DNA of 64,000 bases from a virus. Both the position numbers and the translations under genes were made by a program. The first letter of the stretch is position 1; every line of letters begins with the position of its first letter. Positions 50,687-60,591 of this stretch are shown piece by piece. The DNA is taken from positions 84,428-148,427 of IMG/VR virus record IMGVR_UViG_3300005096_000137; one strand, given 5' to 3'. A model generated the notes under the pieces. That model ran no database searches and was not told the origin of the DNA. It saw only the letters and a list, made by a program, of their open reading frames with translations.

Positions 50687-51207
50687 TGAAGTATGAGAAA
50701 TTCGTAGCGTACAAGTGTCGGGTTGGCGCCTTTTCCGGGCAGCCACGGTTGGTACGGCTGGTGTCTGAAAAACCCATTTCCGGGGAGATGATGCGTCGGT
50801 ATGTGTCCAAGAACTCATATATCAACCTCAAGGACTGCCAGCATACAGATTGCCAAGACAGTCCTTGTTCGTGTGGAGACTCTGTGTGGTACTTTGCAGA
50901 TGTCGAGCAGGTGGTGAGTGTCCCTAAGGTGCTGGCCTTCATCATGCAAAGCTCTGGTGGTTGGCTATACGTTGCACGTCAAGAGGACAGTAACGCAGGA
51001 CCTATTCAGTCCATTGTACCTTCTTCTTCTTCAACAATGCAAAGTGTTCTCAGGTCTACCTATCACAAAGAGCTTCCCAAGGGTGAGGCATGGGGCGGGG
51101 ATTATCGTGACTTGACCCCAGTTGCCCGCTATGACGGCAACGAGATACAATTGTATACAGGTAAGATGAAATCTCCAGCCCTCCGTTGGTCAGGGTGCGA
51201 GGGGTAG
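50686..51207 (+). CDS. Hypothetical protein, family E
   Basis: MKYEKFV.YK...G..GQ.RL; VARYDG; close paralog of 52808-53299. Confidence 0.6.
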   Translation: MKYEKFVAYKCRVGAFSGQPRLVRLVSEKPISGEMMRRYVSKNSYINLKDCQHTDCQDSPCSCGDSVWYFADVEQVVSVPKVLAFIMQSSGGWLYVARQEDSNAGPIQSIVPSSSSTMQSVLRSTYHKELPKGEAWGGDYRDLTPVARYDGNEIQLYTGKMKSPALRWSGCEG

Positions 51208-51228
51208 GGTGGTCTATTTCACCTACAT

Positions 51229-52764
51229 GTGCATGACTATTTGATGGAAACACTTTCTATAACCCTGGACAGGATTATGACTACAGATACCAGACCAGAA
51301 ATCATCCCTACCGGCGAAGCAACAGCAATTCTACCCGTGGGTAAGGGTAAACCTATCACGGTCATCGGAACCGAAGCGATTCGCGAAACGTTCGATGATG
51401 TTTGCTTACAGCAGGCTATCAACTCACGGATGTCCCCTGGTGTCACTGATGTCGTGCTTAATCCAGATGCCCATCGTGGCTATGGGGCACCTATCGGTTG
51501 TGTGATGGTTTCGCCGACACACATTTATCCTGGCCCAATTGGTGTCGACATTAAATGCTCGATGAGCCTACTGCAATTGGATCTGCCAGCCGAGGCTATT
51601 GACGATCGCAAGACACGTCGCGCGCTCATCAATGCTGTGTGTGAACGTACGCCCACAGGTATGGGACGTGGGCAGCGTAATGTGCCGAAGTCACGACCGG
51701 TCGACGGGTCGCTCGGAGAGAAGGTGATGATCGAGGGTGCGTCACGCAGTGTTTGTGAATCGCTTGGCATCCCTCCTGAGTGGGCAGACCGCTGTGAAGA
51801 TTCTGCACACACTGGGCATGATGATACCCAAGAGGCGCTGGCGATTCGTATGGAGTACCTCAAACCTCACTTTCACAAGTTCGATACAAAGATGTCACAG
51901 CTTGGTTCATATGGAGGTGGTAACCATTTCGGTGAGTGTGAAGTAGTGCAGGTCAGGGATGACCAGCGGTCTCGCCGGGCGGCTGAAGTATTTGGTTTAC
52001 GTGATGGTCAGGTGGCGTTTCTCTCGCACTGTGGATCTCGTGGTATTGGGCACCAACTAGCGATGGGGCAGTTCAAGTCACTCCAAGCAAAGTTTGCCCA
52101 GTGGAATATCCCGCTGCCAGGGCAAGACAAAGAACTCGTCTATGCCCCACTAGGTACACCCGAAGCAGATGCGTACCTGGACGACATGGCTCTCGGCGCG
52201 AACTTTGCCACCGTCAATCACATGCTCATCAACGCGCTAGTGCTTGAGGCCTTCCAAGAGGTGATACCAGGTACCACCGGTCGCTTGGTCTACTTCATCA
52301 GTCACAACATTGCTCGCAAGGAGGTCGTCAACAACCGACTTGCTTGGGTGCATCGTAAGGGTGCAACCCGTGCTTATCCGGGTGGACATCATACGCTCAA
52401 AGATACGCCGTTCGCCGAAACAGGGCATCCCATCTTACTGCCTGGCAACCCACAAGCAGGGTCAGCCGTGATGGTTGCCGATGAAGGTGCAGAGCTAAGC
52501 TGCTACAGCATCAATCATGGCGCTGGCCGTCGGTTGGGACGTAAGGCTGCGAAGCGTGTTCTGGATAAGGTCCAAGTCAACCAGTCGTTTGATGATGCTG
52601 ACATCCTGACAAACTGTCGTTCCTACCCAGTTGACGAAGCGCCAGAAGCCTACAAGAACTTTGAAGAGGTGCTGAAGTCAGTCAAGTCCGCTGGGTTGGC
52701 AACCGAGGTGGCTCGGCTCAAGGCACGGTTTGTGATTAAAGATGGCGACAAGGCAGACGATTGA
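51229..52764 (+). CDS. rtcB: RtcB RNA 2',3'-cyclic phosphate/3'-P to 5'-OH ligase (start may be 51244 or 51277)
   Basis: PDAH.GYG.PIG, GVDI.C, LGS.GGGNHF.E, H.GSRG.G, HN, VHRKGAT, HGAGR, DEAP.AYK. Confidence 0.95.
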   Translation: MHDYLMETLSITLDRIMTTDTRPEIIPTGEATAILPVGKGKPITVIGTEAIRETFDDVCLQQAINSRMSPGVTDVVLNPDAHRGYGAPIGCVMVSPTHIYPGPIGVDIKCSMSLLQLDLPAEAIDDRKTRRALINAVCERTPTGMGRGQRNVPKSRPVDGSLGEKVMIEGASRSVCESLGIPPEWADRCEDSAHTGHDDTQEALAIRMEYLKPHFHKFDTKMSQLGSYGGGNHFGECEVVQVRDDQRSRRAAEVFGLRDGQVAFLSHCGSRGIGHQLAMGQFKSLQAKFAQWNIPLPGQDKELVYAPLGTPEADAYLDDMALGANFATVNHMLINALVLEAFQEVIPGTTGRLVYFISHNIARKEVVNNRLAWVHRKGATRAYPGGHHTLKDTPFAETGHPILLPGNPQAGSAVMVADEGAELSCYSINHGAGRRLGRKAAKRVLDKVQVNQSFDDADILTNCRSYPVDEAPEAYKNFEEVLKSVKSAGLATEVARLKARFVIKDGDKADD

Positions 52765-52807
52765 TAGGGTGGGCGGGTTACTAGTACTCCTTTGAAAGGC
52801 TACTGAT

Positions 52808-53299
52808 ATGCAATACGAGAGATTCGTCACATACAAGCGACCTGGTGGTGGTTACCAAGGGCAGACCAGGTTATTGAGGTTCTGGTCAGATAAACCAATC
52901 TCGGACACGCGGCTCCAACATGGTGTCGAGGACCACCTTGGACTTGCAACCAACGTGAGTCACGATGTGCATATCGAATACCTGGGACACCCCACAGGGG
53001 TATTGGTTGTCCCTAGGATACTAGCAAAGGTTATGCAGGGCAGCGATGGGATCCTGTACATGGTACGTATCAAAGCAGGTACCTGTTATCCAAAGGTCCA
53101 GTTGGTTAGCCCATATGGTACTCTACAACAGGCACTAATCTCTGTGCAAAAGGATGGTTACAACTGGGACCAAGGACCAGTGTGGACAGGAGACCCGGAG
53201 GATTTCATTGTGGTGGCGTACTATGACGGTGAACAGATGGACCTTGATATCGCCGTGATGATGGACCAAGCACTGGATTGGGCGGGATTATGCACCTAG
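52808..53299 (+). CDS. Hypothetical protein, family E
   Basis: MQYERFV.YK...G..GQ.RL; VAYYDG. Confidence 0.6.
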   Translation: MQYERFVTYKRPGGGYQGQTRLLRFWSDKPISDTRLQHGVEDHLGLATNVSHDVHIEYLGHPTGVLVVPRILAKVMQGSDGILYMVRIKAGTCYPKVQLVSPYGTLQQALISVQKDGYNWDQGPVWTGDPEDFIVVAYYDGEQMDLDIAVMMDQALDWAGLCT

Positions 53300-53312
53300 G
53301 CAGACGATTGAT

Positions 53313-53380
53313 AGGGGTGGGTCTATTTCGTTCAAATCTGATACCACCCCCAGTAGAAAACCAAATCCAAAAGCGCGCTG
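53313..53380. repeat. ~70-bp dispersed element, copy 1 (copy 2 at 63151-63217)
   Basis: AGGGGTGGGTCTATTT (16 bp) and AGTAGAAAACCAAATCCAAAAGCGCGCTG (29 bp) are identical in both copies. Confidence 0.9.
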
Positions 53381-53456
53381 ACATACTCCGGAAAGGTTAA
53401 AGCAACCCGATGCACTGCCGAGGACCACCAACACGAACCACTTACGTGAATTAGGG

Positions 53457-53506
53457 GCAAGCAGGGTGTACCACTGGCGCGTGGGTATTCCCTGCTTGCA
53501 TTTTAT
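53457..53506 (+). terminator. Intrinsic terminator-like hairpin
   Basis: GCAAGCAGGG...CCCTGCTTGC followed by ATTTTAT. Confidence 0.65.
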
Positions 53507-53539
53507 GACCCGCCACTACTTCTGTGAGACCTAATACCT

Positions 53540-53989
53540 ATGCTTATCCTAACCCCTGTGAATTCAATTAAGATACCAAAGGCGTTCTTAGGCTTTGCGC
53601 GTCGCCGGCACACTGTTCAGACACCTATCTTAAAGCGAATGGCGGACACTTGTTCGTTGAAGCTCCCGCCACTTCCAAAACGGACTGAAATACTGTCCCA
53701 TGTGGACCACCGATACGGGAAGTACCTCACCCTCTTCCTGCAATTAAATGTGGAGCTGTCTATGCCTGATATGGAGCAGATAAAGAAAGATGGGGTGGTC
53801 AAGGTAGTACACATTGAGACTGATGATATCAATGATGATCCGTGGCTCGATGGACGACTGTGTACCGACTTCGGACTTTGGTCGTTCCGCGTGGTTGAGC
53901 GGTTGCAGATAGACTACAAGGATATATTGTCCCGTATCAGGATTAAATCTGGTTCAGACCCGGCTTCCGGGCTTCCTGGAAATTACTAG
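53540..53989 (+). CDS. Hypothetical protein
   Basis: 149-aa ORF, weak RBS. Confidence 0.4.
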   Translation: MLILTPVNSIKIPKAFLGFARRRHTVQTPILKRMADTCSLKLPPLPKRTEILSHVDHRYGKYLTLFLQLNVELSMPDMEQIKKDGVVKVVHIETDDINDDPWLDGRLCTDFGLWSFRVVERLQIDYKDILSRIRIKSGSDPASGLPGNY

Positions 53990-54728
53990 GCCAGATTCGT
54001 GGAATCCGTACCACTCCTGAACCGCCAAAATTCCGTGGCGCTTGGAAATTGCATGCTAGTGTTGGTTTGACCTGCCCCGCTCACCTGGCTGCTACAGATG
54101 AGACCAGCCGCATAACCCACGTAATCAGGATAATCCATTCAGTCCCTATAACCCCACAAATGTGGACCATAGGTGTAACCCGGATAATCCATCCAACCCC
54201 TATAATCCATCTAACCCGGACCATAGGTACAGCTAGGGGTGTTGGTACAATTCGCAGAGTTGCGGGGCAGGGCAGTTGGTGGGGTATGGGCACACGGTGC
54301 GGGCAGGGTGTGGAAACACCAATAGCCCGGTACAATGCCGGGCTATGCGTCCAATCAGTTTCTATTGTGTTGTACTGGTCGATAAACTGCCTCTTGTGGT
54401 AATGGTCTAAACTTGGTGTAGACCGGTAGCCCTAGACCACTCTACACCCTCTACAAGAGCCGAGACTGGTCACCAAGACTGGTATAGAAGTGTCTTGACT
54501 GGTATAATCTACACCAATTGGGACACATCTACACCAGTCCAGAGATATTTCACGTATGCCATAATTCTAACACGGGGAATCGGTTTGTCAAGCTTGGAAA
54601 GTGTTTACAAGTCCTAAACCCTTATGCGATAACAGGTTATGGGTTTCGCTTGAAATAATCATTTGACTGCTGGCGAAACCAACGTATACTTCTAGTGTTC
54701 AAGCAACACAACCACGGAGCAACAGGCA

Positions 54729-55031
54729 ATGGGAACTATCACAGTGAAATTCTACTTCAAAAGTGGTCGGACGGTAACGGGTGTGCGTGAAACCTTTGGC
54801 GTTGGGGGTAGTCACCTCCTTGATGATGTGCTCGCTTTCCAGACAGACGAAGCAAAACGCCTCAATGATAGTCCCGTCACGGGTGATAGACCCGATGGTT
54901 CGTGGTCCCCGTCCTCGTGGTCGATCGAGTCTGCTTCACCAGACTATTTACACCCACATGCCTTTCGAGATTTGAACGAGTACAGTATCTATGTGAAAGA
55001 TGAACGCGAAACGCGAAACGTGGTACGTTAA
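54729..55031 (+). CDS. ArdA-like N-terminal-half paralog
   Basis: MGTITV.F.F..F..GGSH.LD.V.AFQ.D, near-identical pattern to 46321. Confidence 0.55.
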   Translation: MGTITVKFYFKSGRTVTGVRETFGVGGSHLLDDVLAFQTDEAKRLNDSPVTGDRPDGSWSPSSWSIESASPDYLHPHAFRDLNEYSIYVKDERETRNVVR

Positions 55032-55140
55032 CCCTTGAACCTGTAAGGGTTTACGTCAATTCCGAGAAAGTCACTTGACAAGTGGCGCTGGCGATGTATA
55101 CTTCTAGTGTTCAAGCAACGACAACCACGGGGGATACAAC

Positions 55141-55620
55141 ATGTTCTGTATTGTGACTAAGAATTCAGATTCCGAGTTTTCTACGGTTTTAGAGCAATGG
55201 GGCTGCCTAGCGACGGCTGGCACTCATCAGGTCGCAGAGGGGTGTCTTGAGGGTTTCCGTGAGATAACTTCGCAGAAGTTTATCGTACAGGTGCTCCACC
55301 AGTTCACCGATACACCTTGGTCGGGGGATCCCAATTACTCTTCAGACATTATTAAAAAGGCCAAAGAGGTTGGGTGGTCAGTCGCTCTTGACTACTTCGA
55401 TATTATCTTGGTGTACCGACACGGTTTGTTTTTCACCTGCCAAGCCCCTTGTGCGTGTGAAACTGATGCAAACTTCTACCCCGGTATCCCTGGTGTGCTG
55501 GCTAATCTGATTGACGGAAACCTACCTGATGATCATGACGTTCAACGTTGTGATATGTGCCAACTATACGAATCCGACGATGCCGCAAAGGTGGCACTAC
55601 TGGTACACTTAGACGGGTAA
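55141..55620 (+). CDS. Hypothetical protein (Cys-rich C-terminus)
   Basis: VQRCD.C..Y.SD..A. Confidence 0.55.
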   Translation: MFCIVTKNSDSEFSTVLEQWGCLATAGTHQVAEGCLEGFREITSQKFIVQVLHQFTDTPWSGDPNYSSDIIKKAKEVGWSVALDYFDIILVYRHGLFFTCQAPCACETDANFYPGIPGVLANLIDGNLPDDHDVQRCDMCQLYESDDAAKVALLVHLDG

Positions 55621-55718
55621 TGTACTTGTAGTGTACCATCTGAGAATTCTCACTTGACAATGGGCGCTGGCGATGTATACTTCTAGTGTTCAAGCAACAC
55701 AACACAAGGAAACACACC

Positions 55719-56501
55719 ATGACAAACGAACCCACGCCAAGCATGCCAAGCGCCCTAGTCCAATGTGTCGACGGCTCTAAGATTCGGTGGGGCGATTGCT
55801 TTACTGATTGTGCCGGTGGGTTCCACCAGACGCAGGAAGACCGGGAGGCGCAGGATGTCCTGGTTGTGACGGAACTGCTGGAGTCTATCGAAAAGGGCGC
55901 TGACGAGTATGCTACCGAACACTCCGATTATGCGGATGGTTACGATGTTTGTGTCGATGAGAATTCCCAAGAGTGGCCAGCTATCATGGCGGGGTGGGTA
56001 AGAGCCACCTATGGCAAGTATGGGTATCGCGACGATGTTACTCGCTTTGATGATTGTCTGGATAAACTCGCTGATCACATGGCTGACAACTTTGATGGGG
56101 CTATTGATTGTGAGGTTGAACACAATCATACCGATTACTCCAGTTACAATGGTGATGGCTGTTGCTTCTTTGGCTTCAAAATTGAGGAATTGGAGACGCA
56201 AATTGACATTAACGATCATCCGGCTTTGAAGCATCTGCACGAAATGGGGCGTCTTGATGATGTGCTCGATTGTGTCGACCGTGAGTTCTGCATTGGACGT
56301 GATAGACGTAGGGAAAAGAACGAGGAAACGGGAAATTATGAAGAGGTGGGTCGCAAGACCTATGACCGTGGGTCTAATTACCCCACCCTAGAGATATACA
56401 CGATGCCCTCGGGTGGGTGGGACTTTGTGGTTAGCAAGGAAAGTATGGATGAACGGTTTACTGCTGCAATCATATTTTACTGTAACGAGGTTGACGGATG
56501 A
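55719..56501 (+). CDS. Highly acidic hypothetical protein
   Basis: Follows promoter; D/E-rich. Confidence 0.6.
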   Translation: MTNEPTPSMPSALVQCVDGSKIRWGDCFTDCAGGFHQTQEDREAQDVLVVTELLESIEKGADEYATEHSDYADGYDVCVDENSQEWPAIMAGWVRATYGKYGYRDDVTRFDDCLDKLADHMADNFDGAIDCEVEHNHTDYSSYNGDGCCFFGFKIEELETQIDINDHPALKHLHEMGRLDDVLDCVDREFCIGRDRRREKNEETGNYEEVGRKTYDRGSNYPTLEIYTMPSGGWDFVVSKESMDERFTAAIIFYCNEVDG

Positions 56502-56665
56502 TCAATAAGAGAAAAGATGGCGCATACTCGAAAAACCCGGCTGTGATAGCTCGTCGGAACCAAGAGATATATTGCTGGTTTGGTATCCGGGACAGCCTAG
56601 CGGGGAAACCCCCGCGATCCAAGCACCCTGTTTACCTTGACGGGTACTACCACGGGAAACTCTAA
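56498..56665 (+). CDS. Small protein, paralog of 57665-57910 (not in ORF track)
   Basis: Hand translation MINKRK..EIYCWFGIRDSLAGK..VYLDGYY. Confidence 0.45.
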   Translation: MINKRKDGAYSKNPAVIARRNQEIYCWFGIRDSLAGKPPRSKHPVYLDGYYHGKL

Positions 56666-56846
56666 ACGTGTTTGCCTGGCAGGTATGGAAAATGAACGGT
56701 GGCTATGGCTGGGAATACGTAGACAATTCGCAACCTATTGATCCGTAAGCACTTACGACCAATCTAAGAATTCTCGCTTGACTTCGTGCGATAGTGGTCT
56801 ATACTTCTAGTGTTCAAGCAACACAACACCCAACGGAGCACAAGCA

Positions 56847-57599
56847 ATGACCATCGAACGCCGAGTCAGAATCCTTCAGGAAACAGATTCCATGAACCCC
56901 CGAACGGATTGGGACTGCAACACCGGGAGAATGCTTTGCTTCCACTCACGCTATGACCTAGGCGACAAGCATGATTATGATAGCGACAATCTGAAGCGAG
57001 AATTGGCTTGCGAAGCGGTCGACGATCTTGAAGAGGAATTGTTAAGGTTGGAAGAGGTTGCCGACGCCCTCTACAATCGCGCCTGTAATGAGGGTATTGA
57101 GGACCATCAGGACTGTATGAAATACTCCTATCGTCTGGTTGGTCCGCGTATGGAGAAATTGATAGATGAGGCGTTTGATAACAATTATGTCGCGCTGACT
57201 CTTTCCCTGTACGACCATTCCGGTATTTCAATGTCCACCGGTGGTGCCATTTGTGGTTGGGATTCCAGTAATGTCGGTATTATCGTTGCCACCAAAAAGG
57301 ACATTGAGGAGACTTTCAACGGTAATGAGGGTAATGCCATTGCTGCGATGGAGCATGAAGTTGTCGTTTATGACGCTTATCTACGAGGTAGCGTTTGGGG
57401 CTTCATTACCGAATATCGGGAGTGTGCCTCCTGCAACGCTTGTGTCGAGCATGACGAATGCGACGAGAACGCCCCTTGGATTGACGATGAGAGTTGTTTC
57501 GGTTTCTATGGCGATGACCATGAGGCTAGTGGCCTCAAATCTGAGGTTGGTCCTGATTATGCCGACCTTGTCGACTCGGCAGAGATCGAGTACGCATGA
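56847..57599 (+). CDS. Acidic conserved phage protein
   Basis: NPR.DWD, Y.LGD, LYDHSGI.MS, WDS..VG, E...Y..YL.G.V.G, SC.GFYG. Confidence 0.65.
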   Translation: MTIERRVRILQETDSMNPRTDWDCNTGRMLCFHSRYDLGDKHDYDSDNLKRELACEAVDDLEEELLRLEEVADALYNRACNEGIEDHQDCMKYSYRLVGPRMEKLIDEAFDNNYVALTLSLYDHSGISMSTGGAICGWDSSNVGIIVATKKDIEETFNGNEGNAIAAMEHEVVVYDAYLRGSVWGFITEYRECASCNACVEHDECDENAPWIDDESCFGFYGDDHEASGLKSEVGPDYADLVDSAEIEYA

Positions 57600-57664
57600 G
57601 TTACAGGGGAACCCACAAGGGGTGTCCAATACACATACTGCCCACTTGCACGAAAGGCGAATCG

Positions 57665-58324
57665 ATGAAAGTCCACGAACTACAAAAGGCGCTAGGGGTT
57701 TTGCTCGAACACCGAAAAGTATCGAACGAACATCGGTATCTTGAGCACCGTGTCCGCTCCGAGATTGTCTATCAACGTGGTCGTGAAGATAGGCAAGCTG
57801 GTAAAGGCGCCCTAGAAACCCTTGGGCGGTATCTCGATGGTTGGTACGATGAAAGTGGTACGCCAGCGTGCCTATCCTCTATGGATATCGAGAGGCTGCG
57901 AAGATTGTAAACCAGTGTGGTGTAAGGGACTACGTTCAATCTGAAATAATCCACTTGACTCTGTGCGGTTGTGGTGTATACTTCAAGTGTTCAAGCAACG
58001 GCAACATATCGGAGAAACCAAGCAATGACACTTCCGACACCCGACGAACGCACACGGATATATGAGGCCGCCGTTTACCTTTCTATGCAGTCCGGTGAAC
58101 GGGTCAGTTGTCTCGATCTGGTGGACGAATGTCCTGTTGCCGCCGATCTTCCCGATTACGAACTGTATGCGATTGCCGCACGGGCGAACGGGTACGTTTT
58201 GGGCGAGCTTATCGCCAACGTTTGGGAGTCTCCCGATAGTTCGTTCGAGCCAGTCAGTCATGGCGACACGTCGTTTCAGCGACTCGACAAGGTATGTGAA
58301 ATACACCAAGCATTTTCTCTATAA
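57665..58324 (+). CDS. Two small hypothetical proteins (57665-57910, 58025-58324)
   Basis: RBS- or promoter-preceded. Confidence 0.5.
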
Positions 58325-58445
58325 TGGGGCATTGCCCCTTGACGCACGGGCTTACGCCTATTCTGAGAATTCCATTTGACTTTGCGCAGAACCAACGTAT
58401 ACTTCAAGTGTTCAAGCAACAGCAACATATCGGAGAAACCAAGCA

Positions 58446-58955
58446 ATGATCTCTATCACATTGAAGCTGCACTACAAGTCTAATGGTACTGGGGGCACTG
58501 AAACAGAGGTTAAGGAATTTGAAGTTTCCGCCAACCTGGAGTTTGACGTTGAGGAGTATACAGGTGAGTGGCTTGGCTCCGTCAATGCCATGCTTGAGGA
58601 CGCTTCTGATGAGTGGGAATACACCGGACACGAGGTTCAAGTGTATGATGATGATTTTGCCGACCCCAATGACTTTGACAGTCTTGAGGACTATGCCGAA
58701 TATATCGAAAAGTGTGAAGAGCACGGGGAAGCCTATGTTCTACGCTTTGAGGACATTGGCGAGAATGACTTTGATGACCAATATCATGGTTGTCACGCAA
58801 GCGAGGAAGATTACACTCGTGACCTCTTTCTGGAATGTACTGAGATTCCTAGTAGGGTTGCTTGCTACATTGATTGGGAATGTGTCAATCGTGATATGAT
58901 GATGGATCATTCCAGTTACCAGGGTGCTGAGGGTTTTCACATCTTCAGTGATTGA
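58446..58955 (+). CDS. ArdA-like antirestriction protein
   Basis: Very acidic; Y.G...SEEDY....F.....IP.....YIDWE...RD.......G.HIF. Confidence 0.75.
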   Translation: MISITLKLHYKSNGTGGTETEVKEFEVSANLEFDVEEYTGEWLGSVNAMLEDASDEWEYTGHEVQVYDDDFADPNDFDSLEDYAEYIEKCEEHGEAYVLRFEDIGENDFDDQYHGCHASEEDYTRDLFLECTEIPSRVACYIDWECVNRDMMMDHSSYQGAEGFHIFSD

Positions 58956-59048
58956 GAATTCCACTTGACTTTGCGCAGAGTCGACGTATACTTCAAGTGT
59001 TCAAGCAACGCAACTTGAACCGGGCAACCACAACGAAAGGCTAAGCCA

Positions 59049-59306
59049 ATGTCAAAACCTCGTTTCCATACCGTTATATGCTCAAAGGAAGGTATAGCTT
59101 GTGAATTGGATCGGACACTGGAGGGTGAACTGGTAAGGCTACGGGTAGACGTCTACAACAGATTGTATGCCCGCGCCTTGAAAGAGGGTATTACGGGGCT
59201 CGGCAATCTCTGTGATTATGCGGCCCGTCTTGTCAACCCACGGGTCGAAAAGCTGATCGACGAAGTTTATGTTGCCGAATTCGGAGGGGACTCACACGAT
59301 GATTGA
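59049..59306 (+). CDS. Hypothetical protein resembling an internal segment of 56847-57599
   Basis: LACE...LEEEL.RL...LYNRA..EGI...Y..RLV.PR.EKLIDE shared. Confidence 0.55.
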   Translation: MSKPRFHTVICSKEGIACELDRTLEGELVRLRVDVYNRLYARALKEGITGLGNLCDYAARLVNPRVEKLIDEVYVAEFGGDSHDD

Positions 59307-59479
59307 ACCAACACAAGACGGCGAACTGACCCCGGAACAAGAGGGCCCTCTCTTCCCTGCTCTTGATGGTGCGATAGGTGTTGATTACCACGAATACGAG
59401 AATTCCATTTGACTTCGCGCAGAGTCGACGTATACTTCAAGTGTTCAAGCAACGCAACCACCTAACGGAGAACCAAGCA

Positions 59480-59989
59480 ATGCCTTCCATCAAATTGAAT
59501 TTGCACTTTGTCGCCACCGGTCAAGACGTCACACTGTCCAAGCGTTTCGACCTTGACACAAGCCTAGGGAGTCTAGAGGCAACTGTCAAAATGGTAATCA
59601 CGGGATGGTTGGCGCAACATGACCCCAAGAAACTGACCGGGTGGTGTTACACGGGTTATACGCTTGACAGTTATGACACTGATTTCGCGAGCCCTAGCGA
59701 TTTCAACAACCTTGACGACTATGCCGAGTATATCGGTAAGTGCGAAGTACATGGCGAGGGCTACACGTTGTGTCATGCGGATGTTGGCGATTTTGACTTT
59801 GATGCCTTGTCTGAGGGTTGTTACGAAACTGAGGAACAGTTCGTTCAGGAGGCTTTTGAGAGGCATGGCAGTATTCCGGATCATGCTATTCCGTTCATTG
59901 ATTGGGATGAAGTCGAGAAGACCATTATGCAGGATTATGTCGCTTACGAGGGCAATGAAGGGGTTCACGTTTTCCAGCGTATGGAATAA
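59480..59989 (+). CDS. ArdA-like antirestriction protein
   Basis: DFA.P.DF..LDDYAEYI.KCE.HGE.Y; IP.....FIDW......G.HVF. Confidence 0.72.
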   Translation: MPSIKLNLHFVATGQDVTLSKRFDLDTSLGSLEATVKMVITGWLAQHDPKKLTGWCYTGYTLDSYDTDFASPSDFNNLDDYAEYIGKCEVHGEGYTLCHADVGDFDFDALSEGCYETEEQFVQEAFERHGSIPDHAIPFIDWDEVEKTIMQDYVAYEGNEGVHVFQRME

Positions 59990-60060
59990 TCCATTTGACT
60001 TTGCGCAGAGTCGACGTATACTTCAAGTGTTCAAGCAATACACTCGAAAGGCACAACCCA

Positions 60061-60591
60061 ATGATTGACGAAGACTTGACAGAAGAAGAACGAATCGAAG
60101 CAGTCGAGAAACTAGGAATCGATTTTACCTTTGAACTGGTTCGGGATGAATGGGATGGTCGTGAGGGTCAGTCACATTGGAAGGTGATCTTGGTTAGGGG
60201 TCGGGCGACTTACACGTCATCCTTCTCTCATGGGTCACGCATTTACAACAGAAAGGCAGCTACCAACTCGTTTCATGGCGACGAACGCTATAAAGCGGGC
60301 GCTAAGATACGCCAGCATTTGGGTCGGCGATCCGTGCTGGAATTTGAAACGGACCGGGATTGCACATACCCGGTTGATCCAGAATTATTGGATGTTTTGG
60401 ATTGCCTGGTGTCCGATGCTGGTTGCGTCTGCAACGGCGAAACCTTTGAGGAATTTGCCGATAATCTGGGTTATGACAGTGATTCCCGGCAAGCAGAAAC
60501 TACCTTCCATACGTGCCGAGATATGCAAGCTGCACTAGTTCGGCTTGGCCTCGACTTGGAAGAACTGCAAGATATCTTCCAAGGCTACTAG
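60061..60591 (+). CDS. Family C canonical member
   Basis: P.L.DVL.CL.SDA....FEEFA..LGYD.DS..A......C......L.RLG. Confidence 0.65.
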   Translation: MIDEDLTEEERIEAVEKLGIDFTFELVRDEWDGREGQSHWKVILVRGRATYTSSFSHGSRIYNRKAATNSFHGDERYKAGAKIRQHLGRRSVLEFETDRDCTYPVDPELLDVLDCLVSDAGCVCNGETFEEFADNLGYDSDSRQAETTFHTCRDMQAALVRLGLDLEELQDIFQGY

